Under the pieces are notes generated by a model. The model was not told the origin of the DNA and did no database searches. It worked only from the letters and a program-made list of their open reading frames with translations. A stretch of 64,000 bases of DNA, taken from contig JARLIJ010000021.1 in assembly GCA_031291795.1 (NCBI GenBank), positions 12,751 through 76,750 on the forward strand, given 5' to 3'. Below, piece after piece: positions 49,472 to 60,379 of this stretch (positions within the stretch are counted from its first letter, which is position 1; the number at the start of each line of letters is the position of its first letter). The position numbers were made by a program, and so were the translations under genes. This DNA comes from Acetobacteraceae bacterium. GTDB lineage: Bacteria > Pseudomonadota > Alphaproteobacteria > Acetobacterales > Acetobacteraceae.

Positions 49472-50194
49472 CTACTGTCCCTCCGGCCACAGTGTGTCGA
49501 TCACCTGCAGGATCACCGCCTCCGCCCGCTGGATGGACGCCTGGCCGCAGCGCTCCGCGATATCCGGCTTGCGCTGGGCAATCGCCTCGAACACTTCGCT
49601 ATGGCCCTGGTAGGACGCCTCCAGCATCTTGCGTGTATGGGAGTGCGCAACGTACCGGTATCGCAACGCCTGCTTCTCGATCCCCGCCGCGATGCGCATC
49701 AACGTTCGGTTGGACGAAGCCGCATGAATCGCGGATGTAAACGCCACGTTGCTGTCGAAGAACGCCCGAACATGCTCGCCCTCCAGCGCTTGCGCCATCG
49801 AGGCCAGCAACGTGCGCATCCCGGCCAGATCGGACTCGGTGGCGTGCTGCGCCGCTTCGCGTGCTGCGAGTCCTTCCAACACCACACGACAGGCATAAAC
49901 TTCCTGAAGATCGCGGCGCCCCATTGGCGTCACCCGCACGCCGCGGCGGGCCAGGCGCATCACCAGACCGTCGGATTCAAGCGCACGAAACGCCTCCCGG
50001 ACCGGTGAGCGGCTAACGTTGTACTCGGCGCAGAGAACATCCTCCATCAAATGCGTGCCTGGTTGCAACTCCAGGAAAATGATCCGATCGGACAGGGTTC
50101 GCGCCAGTTCCTGACCAATGACCGCCGGAAGGCGGAAGCTCGAACCTTCGAAACCTGCAGCGGCGTTATTCGCCGAACCTGCCCTCACCAGCAT
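49472..50194 (-). CDS. GntR family regulator (FCD domain)
   Basis: LQPGTHL.E..L...YNVSRSPVREAF HTH; FCD C-terminus. Confidence 0.93.
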   Translation of the reverse strand: MLVRAGSANNAAAGFEGSSFRLPAVIGQELARTLSDRIIFLELQPGTHLMEDVLCAEYNVSRSPVREAFRALESDGLVMRLARRGVRVTPMGRRDLQEVYACRVVLEGLAAREAAQHATESDLAGMRTLLASMAQALEGEHVRAFFDSNVAFTSAIHAASSNRTLMRIAAGIEKQALRYRYVAHSHTRKMLEASYQGHSEVFEAIAQRKPDIAERCGQASIQRAEAVILQVIDTLWPEGQ

Positions 50195-50281
50195 TGTTCC
50201 CCGCATCGGCCTGTTCGCAACATATTGCATAATATACATTTCATCGACTTCAAAACCAGTGACTGGCCATAAGACATCGCA

Positions 50282-51253
50282 TCAAGGTAACTTGTAGTTG
50301 ACTTTGTCGGGCGCCACTGCCTTCAGCGGATCCGGGTAGAACAGGGTCTGCCAGTCAAGCGGCTTGGCCAGCTTGCCGATCGTCTTCAGTTGCTGTTCGG
50401 CAATCTGCATGTTGCCGACGGACATCTGGTCCAGGCGGATGTCGTAGCTCAGCTTGTCCATCAACGATTTGCTGAACGCTACGTCCAGTTTCAGGAACTT
50501 GGCGACATGCGCCGCCGCCGCGCCACGCTGCGTGTTGATCATCGTTGTAGCCTCGATCAGACTTCGCATGAAGGCCTGCGCCGGCTCTGGGTTCTGCGCC
50601 GCCCAGCCCTTATTGAGGTAGACGAATACACGGCCCTCGATGATTCCAACATTGTCGACCACCAGTTGCGCGCCCTTCACCGCCGCCACCCCGCGCGTCA
50701 GCCACGGCTCCCAGGCGCTGTAGGCATCGATGTCGCCGCGTTCCAGAGCCGCAACCATCTCGGGCGCCTCGACCTGCACGATCGTATAATCCTTGGGATT
50801 CAGGTGCTGCTTGTCTACCAGCGCCTGCCAGAACACCTCGCTGCCCGAGGCACGCGCGATGCCGAGGCGCTTGCCCTTCAGCGCATCCACATTGGCAACG
50901 CCCTTGCCCACGATGCCGTACCAATGCAGCAGCACCGCCCCTTCGGCCGCGATCACGACGTTCGGATCGAGGTTGTGGTCCAGCACGCCGGCCTGTTCGG
51001 CACCGAAAGCGGACTGCGCCTGATTCTGGATCAGCAGCGCCACCATCGCCGATCCGCTCGGTCCTGTGTTGAGCTGCACGTCCAGCCCGTTCCTGGCGAA
51101 GATCCCAGCCTCCTGCGCCACGTAATACGCCGCGAACGACGGGTCGACGCCGGTCCCTATGACGATCTTCGTGGGCGCGGCACGGGCAGCGGCGGGCAGC
51201 ACCGCAAATCCGCCCGCAAGCTTGATGGCGGTACGTCGTCCGATCCTGAGCAT
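50282..51253 (-). CDS. TauA/SsuA-type ABC substrate-binding protein
   Basis: Tat-like GRRTAI, GIFARNGLDV, LKGKRLG, DAYSAWEPW. Confidence 0.9.
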   Translation of the reverse strand: MLRIGRRTAIKLAGGFAVLPAAARAAPTKIVIGTGVDPSFAAYYVAQEAGIFARNGLDVQLNTGPSGSAMVALLIQNQAQSAFGAEQAGVLDHNLDPNVVIAAEGAVLLHWYGIVGKGVANVDALKGKRLGIARASGSEVFWQALVDKQHLNPKDYTIVQVEAPEMVAALERGDIDAYSAWEPWLTRGVAAVKGAQLVVDNVGIIEGRVFVYLNKGWAAQNPEPAQAFMRSLIEATTMINTQRGAAAAHVAKFLKLDVAFSKSLMDKLSYDIRLDQMSVGNMQIAEQQLKTIGKLAKPLDWQTLFYPDPLKAVAPDKVNYKLP

Positions 51254-51277
51254 AACTAAGAACTCCCGTTAAAGACC

Positions 51278-52102
51278 CTACACCGAGGGCGTGCCGTCGT
51301 AACGGCCTGCGAAACGCGCGACGCCGAGACGGAACAGCCGATCGGCGACAAAGCCCAGCAGGCACAACGTAACGAGGGCCACGAAAATATCGTCGATCTG
51401 CATATACATCCGGCCGTTCCACAACATGACGCCCAGGCCGGCGTTCGCCGCCACCATTTCGGCCGCAACGATCGTCGTGAAGGAATTCGCCATGGCGATG
51501 CGCATGCCGGTCAGGATGTACGGCACAGTCGCGGGCAATGCCACCAGGAAGAAGATCTGCCAGCGATTTGCGCCCAGCACCTGGGCCGCGCGGATCTTGT
51601 TGGGTGCGATGGCAGCGACACCGGCGGCAGTGTTCAGGATCACGATGAAGATCGTCGTGTAGATGATCAGGAAGACCTTCGCCGTCTCACCGATGCCGAA
51701 CCAGATCACCGCGATTGTGATCATCGCCACCGACGGAATGAAACGCAAGATCTCAGTCCATGGCTCCAGGATCTTTCGGGTCAGCGGAAAGCTGCCGATC
51801 ACCAGGCCGATGGGAATCCCCAGCAGAGCGCCCGCAAAAAAGCCGATGACGATCCGTTGTAGGCTGATGCTGACGTTTTCCAGCAGGCTGCCATCCTGCA
51901 CCAGCGCTATGGCACGCACCAGAACAGCATAGGGCGGCGGGAACAGCACCGAGCCGACGATGTAGACAGCAGCGACATGCCAGGCCAGCAACAGGCTGGC
52001 GAAGCCGATCAGGTACGGCAGATGCGACAGCAGCCACTTGCCCACCGGACGCGCGCGCGGCGCGCGGGCACGGACAGCGGTGCCGATCGAAGCCTCGCTC
52101 AT
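51278..52102 (-). CDS. TauC/SsuC-type ABC permease
   Basis: LFPPP, SLQRI..GF, WFGIGE, AAQVLGA, AAEM. Confidence 0.93.
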   Translation of the reverse strand: MSEASIGTAVRARAPRARPVGKWLLSHLPYLIGFASLLLAWHVAAVYIVGSVLFPPPYAVLVRAIALVQDGSLLENVSISLQRIVIGFFAGALLGIPIGLVIGSFPLTRKILEPWTEILRFIPSVAMITIAVIWFGIGETAKVFLIIYTTIFIVILNTAAGVAAIAPNKIRAAQVLGANRWQIFFLVALPATVPYILTGMRIAMANSFTTIVAAEMVAANAGLGVMLWNGRMYMQIDDIFVALVTLCLLGFVADRLFRLGVARFAGRYDGTPSV

Positions 52103-52884
52103 GCGGCGCTCCTCTGGCTGGCCCGAGCGACCTCGTCGCGCAGCAGGCCGTGGATGCGGGCGTAGAATGCAGTGTAGCGCGGGTCGGTGCGCAGGCGCTC
52201 ACCTGCCATATCGATCGTCAGGTCGTCCTTCAGACGCCCGCCCGGTCCAGCCGTCATCACGCCCACGCGGGTGCCAAGGATGATGGCCTCGTCGATGTCG
52301 TGCGTGATGAAGACCACCGTCGTCTGCGTCTCCTGCCAGATTCGGCGCAGTTCGCTCTGCATTGTGGCGCGGGTCTGTGCATCCAGCGCACCGAACGGTT
52401 CGTCCATCAGCAGGATCTGCGGCTCGTTTGCCAGCGCGCGAGCAATCTGGACGCGCTGCTTCATGCCGCCGGAAAGTTCAGTCGGGTGCTTGGCCTCCTG
52501 CCCCGTCAGGCCGACCATCTGCAGATAGTGCATCGCGCGCGCCCGTCGCTCCCGCCTGGGAATGCCGTTCAGGCGCAGGCCGAATTCGATGTTCTCAATG
52601 GCAGTCAGCCACGGATACAGCGAGTCGTCGCCCTGGAACACCACGCCGCGCTCGCGCGAGGCGCCGCGGACGGGCTGGCCGGCGACCTCCAATCGCCCGG
52701 TGCTGGGCGCGGTGAAGCCGGCGAGCATGCCCAGCACCGTGGTCTTGCCGCAGCCGGAAGGCCCCAGGAGGCAGTAGAATTCCCCGGCGTCCAGGCGAAG
52801 GTTGAATTCCGCAATCGCCGTCCACGTTCCGCCCGTGCGCGAGCGGAAAACCTTGCTGATGCCGCTGAGCAAAATAAGCGTCAT
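52099..52884 (-). CDS. TauB/SsuB-type ABC ATP-binding protein
   Basis: [34 protein letters not shown]; start at ATGA overlap. Confidence 0.94.
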   Translation of the reverse strand: MTLILLSGISKVFRSRTGGTWTAIAEFNLRLDAGEFYCLLGPSGCGKTTVLGMLAGFTAPSTGRLEVAGQPVRGASRERGVVFQGDDSLYPWLTAIENIEFGLRLNGIPRRERRARAMHYLQMVGLTGQEAKHPTELSGGMKQRVQIARALANEPQILLMDEPFGALDAQTRATMQSELRRIWQETQTTVVFITHDIDEAIILGTRVGVMTAGPGGRLKDDLTIDMAGERLRTDPRYTAFYARIHGLLRDEVARASQRSAA

Positions 52885-54953
52885 GACTTTAAATGAGCAA
52901 GAAGCGTGCCGCCTCTTTCGATTGCTGGCGGCGTGCCATAGAACAATGCACGCACCTCCAGGGTGCCGTCCACGCCGCACGCCAGGATCGCCTGCCCGCG
53001 TGCATCCAAGGGCACGGTACCCTCCACCACGGCGGCATCCCGCACCACCCAGGCACGAAGCGGGGCACCCCGGGTTGAATCCAGCTCGACGATGGCGCCC
53101 TCCGGGAGGCCCTGGCGGTCCGCATCGGTCGGATTGAGCCGACAGATACGGCGACGGCTGACCGCACCGGCACGAAATCCATCTGTACACGAAACAACGC
53201 GCAGCCGGCAACGGGCTGCCAGCAGGTCCACCCGTCGAGCGGTGGTGCGCGCCGTATCGGGCGCGCCCTGCCCGTCCAGCACCACGCCGTATAAAGCATT
53301 CGCCGCTTCCAGCGAGACAAAGCCTTCGCTGACGTCGGCTGCAACGGACGCGGGTGGACGTTGCAGCGGGTCGCCATAGCCGCCGCCGCCAGCCGAACGC
53401 AGTACGACGCTCTCGCCCTCGCCGATCAACTCGCCGGCGACCTTGCCGGGGGTGTCGAACGCCACGACGGACCCGTCACGACGCTGCATCCAGGACGCGA
53501 CGGGCACGCCGCTGCGTCCGCCCAGCACGCCGAATGCAGGCAGTACGGCTCCGTCGGCCAGCAGTGAATAGCGCGCATCGGACGCGCGCACGCGCAACAC
53601 GCGCTGCATCGACAATCCGCCGCGGGTTCGCCCCGCACCGCCGGAGTCGATCGCCAACCGGGACGATTCCACCAGCAGCGGCATGCGCGCCTCGATCACC
53701 TCCGACGGCTGCACCGTCGTCAAATCTCCCCAATCGATCGTCGCCATCGCGCTCGGTCCGTCATCGGCCGCGAACGCGCCGTTGCCGCCGCCGGACCACT
53801 CGTAGTGCACCCATTCGCGCTTCGAGCGATTGTCGTAGCCGCCCAGCAAATTGTGGAATGAGGTGCGGCAGAGGTCGCCGGCCACCTTGTCCGGCGCCAC
53901 CTGGCTCAGCGCACCGACCATCACTGCAAGTACCCGCTTGCGGATTTCGCCATGTGACCCGGCCGGCGCCGGCGGCTGCACGTTGACGATGGTGCCCAGC
54001 GGCGCCACCACCTCGATCGGACGCAGCGAGCCCTGATTCATCGGCGCGGCCGGATCGAACACCGACTTCATTGCGATGAACACACCCGCCGCTGAGACCG
54101 CCAGCGTGGAGTTGACCGGCACCGGAACCTGCGGCGCGGCGCCTGTAAAGTCCGCGATCATGCGGTCGCCGTCGATGGTCAGTGCGAGAGGCAGCAGCAA
54201 CGGTTCCAACACGCCGCCAGGAAAGGTCTCCAGGTAGTCCTCAAAATAATAGGTGCCGTCGCGCAGCTCTGCGATGCAGCTGCGCATGCGGGCCTCGCTG
54301 CGGTCCAGCTGCAGGCGCACTGCTTCCTGCAATACGTCGATACCGTAACGGGCGCACAGGTCCCGGATGCGCGTCTCTGCCATGCGGCAGGCTGCGATGC
54401 CGGCCTGGAAATCGCCGATCCGCTCGTCCGGCACACGCATGTTGGCCAGCAGCAGGTCCATCGCGGCCTGGTTCAGCCGCCCTCCCTCCATGATCTTGAT
54501 CGGCGGGATGCGCACGCCTTCCTGGTAGATCTCGGTTGCCTTGCCCGACATGCTGCCGGGCACCATGCCGCCGACGTCGGGCCAGTGCTCGCGCACGGCG
54601 GGAAAGAAGATCAGCCGATCGCCCTGGAACACCGGGTAAATGATCGTCACATCGTTCAGATGCGTCCCACCGGCGTACGGATCGTTCATCAGGATCACGT
54701 CGCCACGGCGCAGTCCGGCGCCGAACTTGTCCATCGCAGAACGAACGGACCACGGCATCGGGACGACGTGCGAGCCGATGTCCTCGGACTGAGCCAGCAC
54801 CTGGCCGTCGGGCGCGAACAGGCCGCAGGAGAAGTCCTTCGCCTCGAAGATTGCCACCGACTTGGCAGTCCGGAACACGGTCGCCCGCATTTCACGCACG
54901 ACGGTGATCAGCGCCTGCACGAGCACTTCCAGGGTGATGGGATCGATCGTCAT
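52881..54953 (-). CDS. Hydantoinase B/oxoprolinase family protein with extra C-terminal domain
   Basis: [56 protein letters not shown]. Confidence 0.93.
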   Translation of the reverse strand: MTIDPITLEVLVQALITVVREMRATVFRTAKSVAIFEAKDFSCGLFAPDGQVLAQSEDIGSHVVPMPWSVRSAMDKFGAGLRRGDVILMNDPYAGGTHLNDVTIIYPVFQGDRLIFFPAVREHWPDVGGMVPGSMSGKATEIYQEGVRIPPIKIMEGGRLNQAAMDLLLANMRVPDERIGDFQAGIAACRMAETRIRDLCARYGIDVLQEAVRLQLDRSEARMRSCIAELRDGTYYFEDYLETFPGGVLEPLLLPLALTIDGDRMIADFTGAAPQVPVPVNSTLAVSAAGVFIAMKSVFDPAAPMNQGSLRPIEVVAPLGTIVNVQPPAPAGSHGEIRKRVLAVMVGALSQVAPDKVAGDLCRTSFHNLLGGYDNRSKREWVHYEWSGGGNGAFAADDGPSAMATIDWGDLTTVQPSEVIEARMPLLVESSRLAIDSGGAGRTRGGLSMQRVLRVRASDARYSLLADGAVLPAFGVLGGRSGVPVASWMQRRDGSVVAFDTPGKVAGELIGEGESVVLRSAGGGGYGDPLQRPPASVAADVSEGFVSLEAANALYGVVLDGQGAPDTARTTARRVDLLAARCRLRVVSCTDGFRAGAVSRRRICRLNPTDADRQGLPEGAIVELDSTRGAPLRAWVVRDAAVVEGTVPLDARGQAILACGVDGTLEVRALFYGTPPAIERGGTLLAHLKS

Positions 54954-54957
54954 CGCG

Positions 54958-56979
54958 TCAGCTCCTGTGCAGGACGAGCATGCCCTGGCCGTCCAGCTGA
55001 ACCCGCCAAGCCGGGGGCACGACCGTGGAGGCCCCAGGCTCCTCGACGATGGCGGGTCCGTCGAAGACCGCCCCAACCGGCATTGCATCGCGGTGGAGCA
55101 ACGTCGTGGATATCGCCGTGCCACCGAACACCGCCTCGCGCATTGCCCACCGCGCAGCCGCCGCCGAACGCGACGGTTCGGTCGGTCGCGGCAAGGCCGG
55201 ATTCTCCGTCAGTCCCCACGCCGCCAGACGATAGCTCACGATTTCGCTTGGATCGTCCATCGCCTCCCCGTAGCGCGCAGCGTAGACCGCACGAAAGGCG
55301 CGTTCCACCGTGGCGATATCGGCGATGTCGAACGGCAGGGCGACCGACAGCTCGAACGCCTGGCCGAGATAGCGCATGTCGAGCGACACCTCCAGGCGGC
55401 GTCGATCGGGCGCAAAGCCGGCGGCCGCAAGGTCGGTGTGGGCGGTTTCGGCCAGGCCGTCGAGCACGGCGCGCAGGGCCGCGACCGGGGTCGTTGCGGT
55501 AGCGGACATGCGGGTGCGGACGTAGTCCCGCCGGACGTCGGCGACCAGCAGGCCGAACGCAGAGAAATTGCCCGGCATCGGCGGGACCAGCACGGTCGCC
55601 ATGCGCAGTTCCTCGGCGACCAGGGCGGCATGCAGCGGGCCGGCGCCGCCATAGGCGAGCAGCGCGAAATCACGCGGATCCAGGCCGCGCATGACGGAAA
55701 TCTCCTTGATCGCGGAGACCATTCCAGCGGCGGCGATGCGCAGGATGCCCTCCGCCATGGCCAGCGCATCGAGACCGAACCGTTCCGCCAACCGCGCGAC
55801 GGCCGCGTGCGCGAGATTGCGATCGAGGCTGATCTGGCCTCCGAGTTTCTGGTCCGTGCCGAGCCGACCAAGGACGACGTTGGCGTCGGTGACGGTGGGT
55901 TCGGTGCCGCCATGGCCATAGCAGGCCGGTCCCGGGCGCGCACCCGCCGAACGCGGGCCAACCGAGATCCCGGTGCCACCGGGATCGGCCGCGGCAATAC
56001 TGCCGCCGCCGGCGCCCACGCTGTTGATGTCGATCTGCCGCAACGCCAGCGGAAAGCGTCCGACCCGGCCGGCATTGGTCATACCCCAGCCGCCATCGCG
56101 GATCACGCAGACATCGGTCGAGGTACCGCCCATGTCGTAGGTGATCAGATCGCGATAGCCGGCCAGCCCGCCCAGGTGGGCCGCCGCGATCACACCGGCA
56201 GCCGGGCCGGACAGCATGGACAGTGCCGGCAGAGACTCGACCTGTTCCGCCGGCAGCGTGCCGCCGTTGGAGGTCATGATCGACACGGCACCATCGTGTC
56301 CCGCGGCTTGCAGGCGGCGTCTCAGGCCGCCCAGATAATGCTGCATGCGTGGCGCGACATAGGCATTCAGCGCGGTCGTGAAGAAGCGTGCATGCTCGCG
56401 ATACTCGGGCAGCACGTCGGACGATGCGCACACGACGCAGCCCGGCAGTGCGGTCCGCAGCACCGCCGCGACGTGTTGCTCATGCGCCGGATTGGCGTAG
56501 CTGTTGATGAAGCAGACCGCGATTGCTTCGACACCCTGTGCCGCCATCATGTCGGCGAGCGGCTCAATGGCCGTCGTGTCGAGTGGGCGCAGGACGGTGC
56601 CATCGGCCAGCATGCGCTCGTCGATCTCCAGGCACAGCCGGCGCTCCAGCAGTGGTACCAGCGGCCGCGCTCGGATGTCGTACATCTCAGTTCGTTCGCC
56701 GCGGCCGACAATCAGGATGTCACGGTGGCCGGCGGTCATCACCGCGGCAAGGCGGGCGCCGCTGCGTTCCAACGCGGTGTTGGTCGCAACCGTGGAGCCA
56801 TGCGACAGGCGGCTGATCTGTGCGGCATCGAGACCAAGCTGCGCGATGCCGGCCAGGATGCCTTCGGACTGGTCGACCGGCGTGCTGGGTGTCTTGATCA
56901 CACGCAACGCCGCGCTGCGCGTATCGTACAGGACCAGATCGGTGAAGGTGCCGCCGACATCGATTCCAAGCCAGATCAT
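54958..56979 (-). CDS. Hydantoinase A/oxoprolinase family protein
   Basis: IDVGGTFTD, HGSTVATN, SGPAAG, DMGGTSTD, GAGGGS, TVTDAN. Confidence 0.95.
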   Translation of the reverse strand: MIWLGIDVGGTFTDLVLYDTRSAALRVIKTPSTPVDQSEGILAGIAQLGLDAAQISRLSHGSTVATNTALERSGARLAAVMTAGHRDILIVGRGERTEMYDIRARPLVPLLERRLCLEIDERMLADGTVLRPLDTTAIEPLADMMAAQGVEAIAVCFINSYANPAHEQHVAAVLRTALPGCVVCASSDVLPEYREHARFFTTALNAYVAPRMQHYLGGLRRRLQAAGHDGAVSIMTSNGGTLPAEQVESLPALSMLSGPAAGVIAAAHLGGLAGYRDLITYDMGGTSTDVCVIRDGGWGMTNAGRVGRFPLALRQIDINSVGAGGGSIAAADPGGTGISVGPRSAGARPGPACYGHGGTEPTVTDANVVLGRLGTDQKLGGQISLDRNLAHAAVARLAERFGLDALAMAEGILRIAAAGMVSAIKEISVMRGLDPRDFALLAYGGAGPLHAALVAEELRMATVLVPPMPGNFSAFGLLVADVRRDYVRTRMSATATTPVAALRAVLDGLAETAHTDLAAAGFAPDRRRLEVSLDMRYLGQAFELSVALPFDIADIATVERAFRAVYAARYGEAMDDPSEIVSYRLAAWGLTENPALPRPTEPSRSAAAARWAMREAVFGGTAISTTLLHRDAMPVGAVFDGPAIVEEPGASTVVPPAWRVQLDGQGMLVLHRS

Positions 56980-57047
56980 TTTTACGTTGCCCTGACTCTT
57001 CCTGTGTCCACGCGTTCGGTCGACGCGTGGGCGGGTTGAAATGCGGT

Positions 57048-57764
57048 TTATCCGAGGTAGCTGCGCAGCACCTCCTCGTTGTCGAGCAATCCGGCAGCGG
57101 GGCCGCTATAGGCGATGCGTCCCCCTTGCAGGACCTTTGCCTCGTGCGCCACGGCCGCCGCGACGCCGACATTCTGTTCCACCAGCAGCACGGTCAGGCC
57201 GCGTGCGTGCAACATGCGGATCGCCTCGATCATGTCGCCGACCACGGCGGGAGAAAGGCCGACCGAGGGTTCGTCCATCAGCAATATCCGCGGATGGCTC
57301 ATCAGCGCGCGGCCGATCGCCACCATCTGCTGCTCACCGCCGGAGAGCGAACCGGCACGGCGGCGGAACCGCTCGCGCAGGCGAGGAAACAGCGCGAACA
57401 CGTCTTCCCGGTCGCGCCCCACTTCCGCTTTGTCATGCCGCGTGGTGGCGCCGAGGTCGAGGTTCTCGGCGACGGTCATGGAGGCGAACACCTCCCGCCC
57501 CTGCGGCACCTGCGCCATGCCGCCCCGCACGATCTCATGCGTAGGGCGGCCGGCGACGTTGCGCCCGCTGAGCAGTATGACACCCTTCTGTGGCCGCAAC
57601 AGGCCGCTGAGCGTGTTCAGCACAGTGCTTTTGCCGGAGCCGTTGCCGCCGAGAAGGGCGACAATGCGGCCTTCCAGGACGGAGAAGCTGACGCCTTCCA
57701 GCACGCGCGTGGCGCCGTAGGAGACTTCCAGTCCCTGCACGTCGAGCATGAGCCGGTCAGGCAT
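57048..57764 (-). CDS. LivF-type ABC ATP-binding protein
   Basis: GGNGSGKS, VPQGREVF, LSGGEQQM, DEPSVGL, VEQN. Confidence 0.94.
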   Translation of the reverse strand: MPDRLMLDVQGLEVSYGATRVLEGVSFSVLEGRIVALLGGNGSGKSTVLNTLSGLLRPQKGVILLSGRNVAGRPTHEIVRGGMAQVPQGREVFASMTVAENLDLGATTRHDKAEVGRDREDVFALFPRLRERFRRRAGSLSGGEQQMVAIGRALMSHPRILLMDEPSVGLSPAVVGDMIEAIRMLHARGLTVLLVEQNVGVAAAVAHEAKVLQGGRIAYSGPAAGLLDNEEVLRSYLG

Positions 57765-58527
57765 GCGCAGCAGACCCGAGATAGGCTTCCACCACCTGCG
57801 GATCGGTGCGCACCGCCTGCGGCGTGCCCTCGGCGATGACTCTGCCGAAGCTAAGGACCGTGATGCTGTCGGAGACTTCCATCACCAGGCGGATGACGTG
57901 CTCGATCAGCACCAGCGTCATGCCGCGTTCGTCACGGATACGGCGCAACAGGCGATCCAGTTCCAGCAAGCGGTTCAAGCTCAGGCCGACGGCAGGTTCG
58001 TCCAGCAGCAGCGTGTGCGGTTCGGACACCAGCGCTCGGGCGATTTCCACGATCCGCTGCTGGCCAAACGACAGTTCCTTCGCGCGCCGGTCCTGCGTCG
58101 CGGTAGCACCGACGAACTCCAGCGCCTTGCGGGCGCGCGCCACCGACTCGGCTTCCTCTTCGCGGGCGGCGCGGGTACCCAGCGCGCAGGCCAGCAGGCT
58201 GGCGCGCGTTTTGGCGTGCAGGCCGGTCACCATGTTCTCCAGCACCGTCAGGCCGCCGAACAGGCGCGACGTCTGGAAGGTGCGCCGCAGCCCGCGCCGG
58301 GCGATGACGTCGGGGGCAAGGCGATCGATGCGCGTGCCATCCAGGGTGATCTCGCCCTGTTGCGGCCGCGACAGGCCGCAGATGGCGTTCAGCAGGGTTG
58401 TCTTGCCGGCGCCGTTGGGACCGATGATGCCGCGGATTTCCGCAGGCGGGACCTGCATCGTCACGTCGGTCAGCGCCGCGACGCCGCCGAAGGAAACACC
58501 GACATGCGACAGCATCAGGCGGCTCAT
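57757..58527 (-). CDS. LivG-type ABC ATP-binding protein
   Basis: GPNGAGKT, RTFQ, LSFGQQR, DEPAVGL, IEH, VVEAYLG. Confidence 0.94.
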   Translation of the reverse strand: MSRLMLSHVGVSFGGVAALTDVTMQVPPAEIRGIIGPNGAGKTTLLNAICGLSRPQQGEITLDGTRIDRLAPDVIARRGLRRTFQTSRLFGGLTVLENMVTGLHAKTRASLLACALGTRAAREEEAESVARARKALEFVGATATQDRRAKELSFGQQRIVEIARALVSEPHTLLLDEPAVGLSLNRLLELDRLLRRIRDERGMTLVLIEHVIRLVMEVSDSITVLSFGRVIAEGTPQAVRTDPQVVEAYLGSAAHA

Positions 58528-59495
58528 GGCCGTCCTCGTGGCGTCGCGACGTAGCTGTCACGCCAGGCCGGATGATGCTGGCGCAGGTAGCCGGCAATGC
58601 CGCGCGGAGCGAGCACCACCACGCCCAGCAGCAGTCCGCCAAACGCAATTTCCTGCGCGCCCTGAAATGCCCGCAGGCCTTCCTGCAATCCCACCAGCAG
58701 TGCGGCGCCGATGACAGAGCCGGCGACGCTGCCGAGGCCGCCGAACACGATCATCGCCTGTTGCAACACCATCTGCGGCAGGTCGAATGTTTCCGGCGAA
58801 ACGAACCCCATCATGACGACCTGCAGCCCGCCGGCAATGCCGGCACACGCGGCGCTGAGGCCGAATGCGATCAGCTTGATGTGCAGCAGGTTGATGCCCA
58901 GGCTCTCCGCTGCAAGTTCGCCGTCGCGCACGGCAATCATGGCACGGCCGATGCGGCTGCACACGATCCGCGCGGCAAGCAACACGGCGAGCACCACGCA
59001 GGCCAGCGCCGCATAGTACGATGCGAGACCCGGTGAAATGAAGGCGGGCATCTGCGGCAGCGGCACGCGGAAGCCGCCGCCGCCCAGGGTGACGGCGTCC
59101 CAGTGCTGAAATACCCAGGTGGTGAATTGCGCGAAGGCAAGCGTCGCCAGCGCGAGGTAATGCCCCGACAGGCGGAGCGCGGGGAACGCGATCAGCAAGC
59201 CGATCACGGTGGTCAAAGCGATGCCGGCCGGAATGGCGACGACGAACGGGATGCCCAGCCGGGCGCGCAACAGTCCCGCAGCGTAGGCACCGATGCCCCA
59301 CAGCGCGGCCTGCGCGAATGCCAACTGGCCACAATAGCCAACCAGCAGGTTTAAACCGAGCGAGAGGAGGACGTAGATGCAGAGTTCGTTGGCGATGAAG
59401 AGGATGTAGGGGTTGGCGATCAGCGGCAGCAGCGCCATCAGCAGCAGCGCCGCCAACCCGCAGGGCAGCGGTCCGGGCAGGCGGAGATGCCTCAT
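58524..59495 (-). CDS. LivM-type ABC permease
   Basis: LNLLVGYCGQL, YLALATLAF, GRAMIAVRD, GGLGSVAG; start at ATGA overlap. Confidence 0.92.
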   Translation of the reverse strand: MRHLRLPGPLPCGLAALLLMALLPLIANPYILFIANELCIYVLLSLGLNLLVGYCGQLAFAQAALWGIGAYAAGLLRARLGIPFVVAIPAGIALTTVIGLLIAFPALRLSGHYLALATLAFAQFTTWVFQHWDAVTLGGGGFRVPLPQMPAFISPGLASYYAALACVVLAVLLAARIVCSRIGRAMIAVRDGELAAESLGINLLHIKLIAFGLSAACAGIAGGLQVVMMGFVSPETFDLPQMVLQQAMIVFGGLGSVAGSVIGAALLVGLQEGLRAFQGAQEIAFGGLLLGVVVLAPRGIAGYLRQHHPAWRDSYVATPRGRP

Positions 59496-60367
59496 GCGCG
59501 GCGCAACGCGGCGCTGCCGAGCAGGCCGCGTGGACGGATCAGCAACACCGCCATGATCACCAGGAAAGCGGAGACGTCGACGAAACCGGAGCCGACGTAG
59601 CCGCCGGCCAGCGACTCGATCAGGCCGATGGCGACTGCCCCCAGCAGCGTGCCCGGCAGGCTGTCCAGGCCACCGAACACTGCCGCGGCGAAGCCTTTGA
59701 TGAACAGCGGAAACCCAATATCGGGATACAGCAGCGTAATGGGTGCCATGAGTGCGGCGGCCGCGCCGGCCAAGGCTGCACCGACGGCGAAGGCAAGCGC
59801 GTGGACACGGTCGACGCGGATACCAACCAACCGCGCGGCGCGCCGATTGTCCGCTGTGGCCTGCATCATGCGTCCCAGCGAGGTGAACTTGAAGAACAGC
59901 GCGAAGACGACGATCACCAGCACGGCGCCCCCGGTCACCACCAGTTGCTGCGGCAACAAGATGATATCGCCGAACATGATCGGGTCGTTCGGGACCAGCG
60001 GTGGAAACGACAGGTAGTCGCCGAGGCCGCCCCAGACCACGCGACCGAACCCCTTCAGCATGAACGACAGGCCGACCGTTGCAAGCACCAGGCTGATGAT
60101 ATCGGCGTTCGCGAGCGGGCGGAAGGCGATCCGTTCCGCCAGCAGCCCAAGGACGAAGCAGGCCGCCACCGCACCCAGCAGCGCGACGAGGTACGGCAAA
60201 TGCAGCGTGACATGCAGCGTGTAGGCGACAAAGCCTGCCACCATCAGCATGTCGCCCTGCGCGAAGTTGATCGCGCCGGTCGCCTTGTAGATCAGCACGA
60301 TGCCGATGCCGACCAGCGCATAAAGCGCGCCGTTGGTCAGGCCGGCCAGAGCGAGGTAGGCGAACAC
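59492..60367 (-). CDS. LivH-type ABC permease
   Basis: GALYAL, INFAQG, GRMMQATA, AAVFGGL, RPRGLLG. Confidence 0.94.
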   Translation of the reverse strand: MFAYLALAGLTNGALYALVGIGIVLIYKATGAINFAQGDMLMVAGFVAYTLHVTLHLPYLVALLGAVAACFVLGLLAERIAFRPLANADIISLVLATVGLSFMLKGFGRVVWGGLGDYLSFPPLVPNDPIMFGDIILLPQQLVVTGGAVLVIVVFALFFKFTSLGRMMQATADNRRAARLVGIRVDRVHALAFAVGAALAGAAAALMAPITLLYPDIGFPLFIKGFAAAVFGGLDSLPGTLLGAVAIGLIESLAGGYVGSGFVDVSAFLVIMAVLLIRPRGLLGSAALRRA

Positions 60368-60379
60368 GGCGCGTTCCGG

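Noticed and set aside
52884-53211. Long N-terminal extensions in the ORF track (ABC ATPase 53211, livM 60383, flhB 4382, hyuB 55124, motB 17674)
   Set aside because: They overlap upstream genes; downstream starts with an SD or ATGA coupling fit the family lengths, so these are not fusions
54862-57039. 725-aa plus-strand ORF, and similar long ORFs at 34481-36229, 59801-61612 and 21337-22584
   Set aside because: Antisense shadows of well-supported genes with no recognisable motifs
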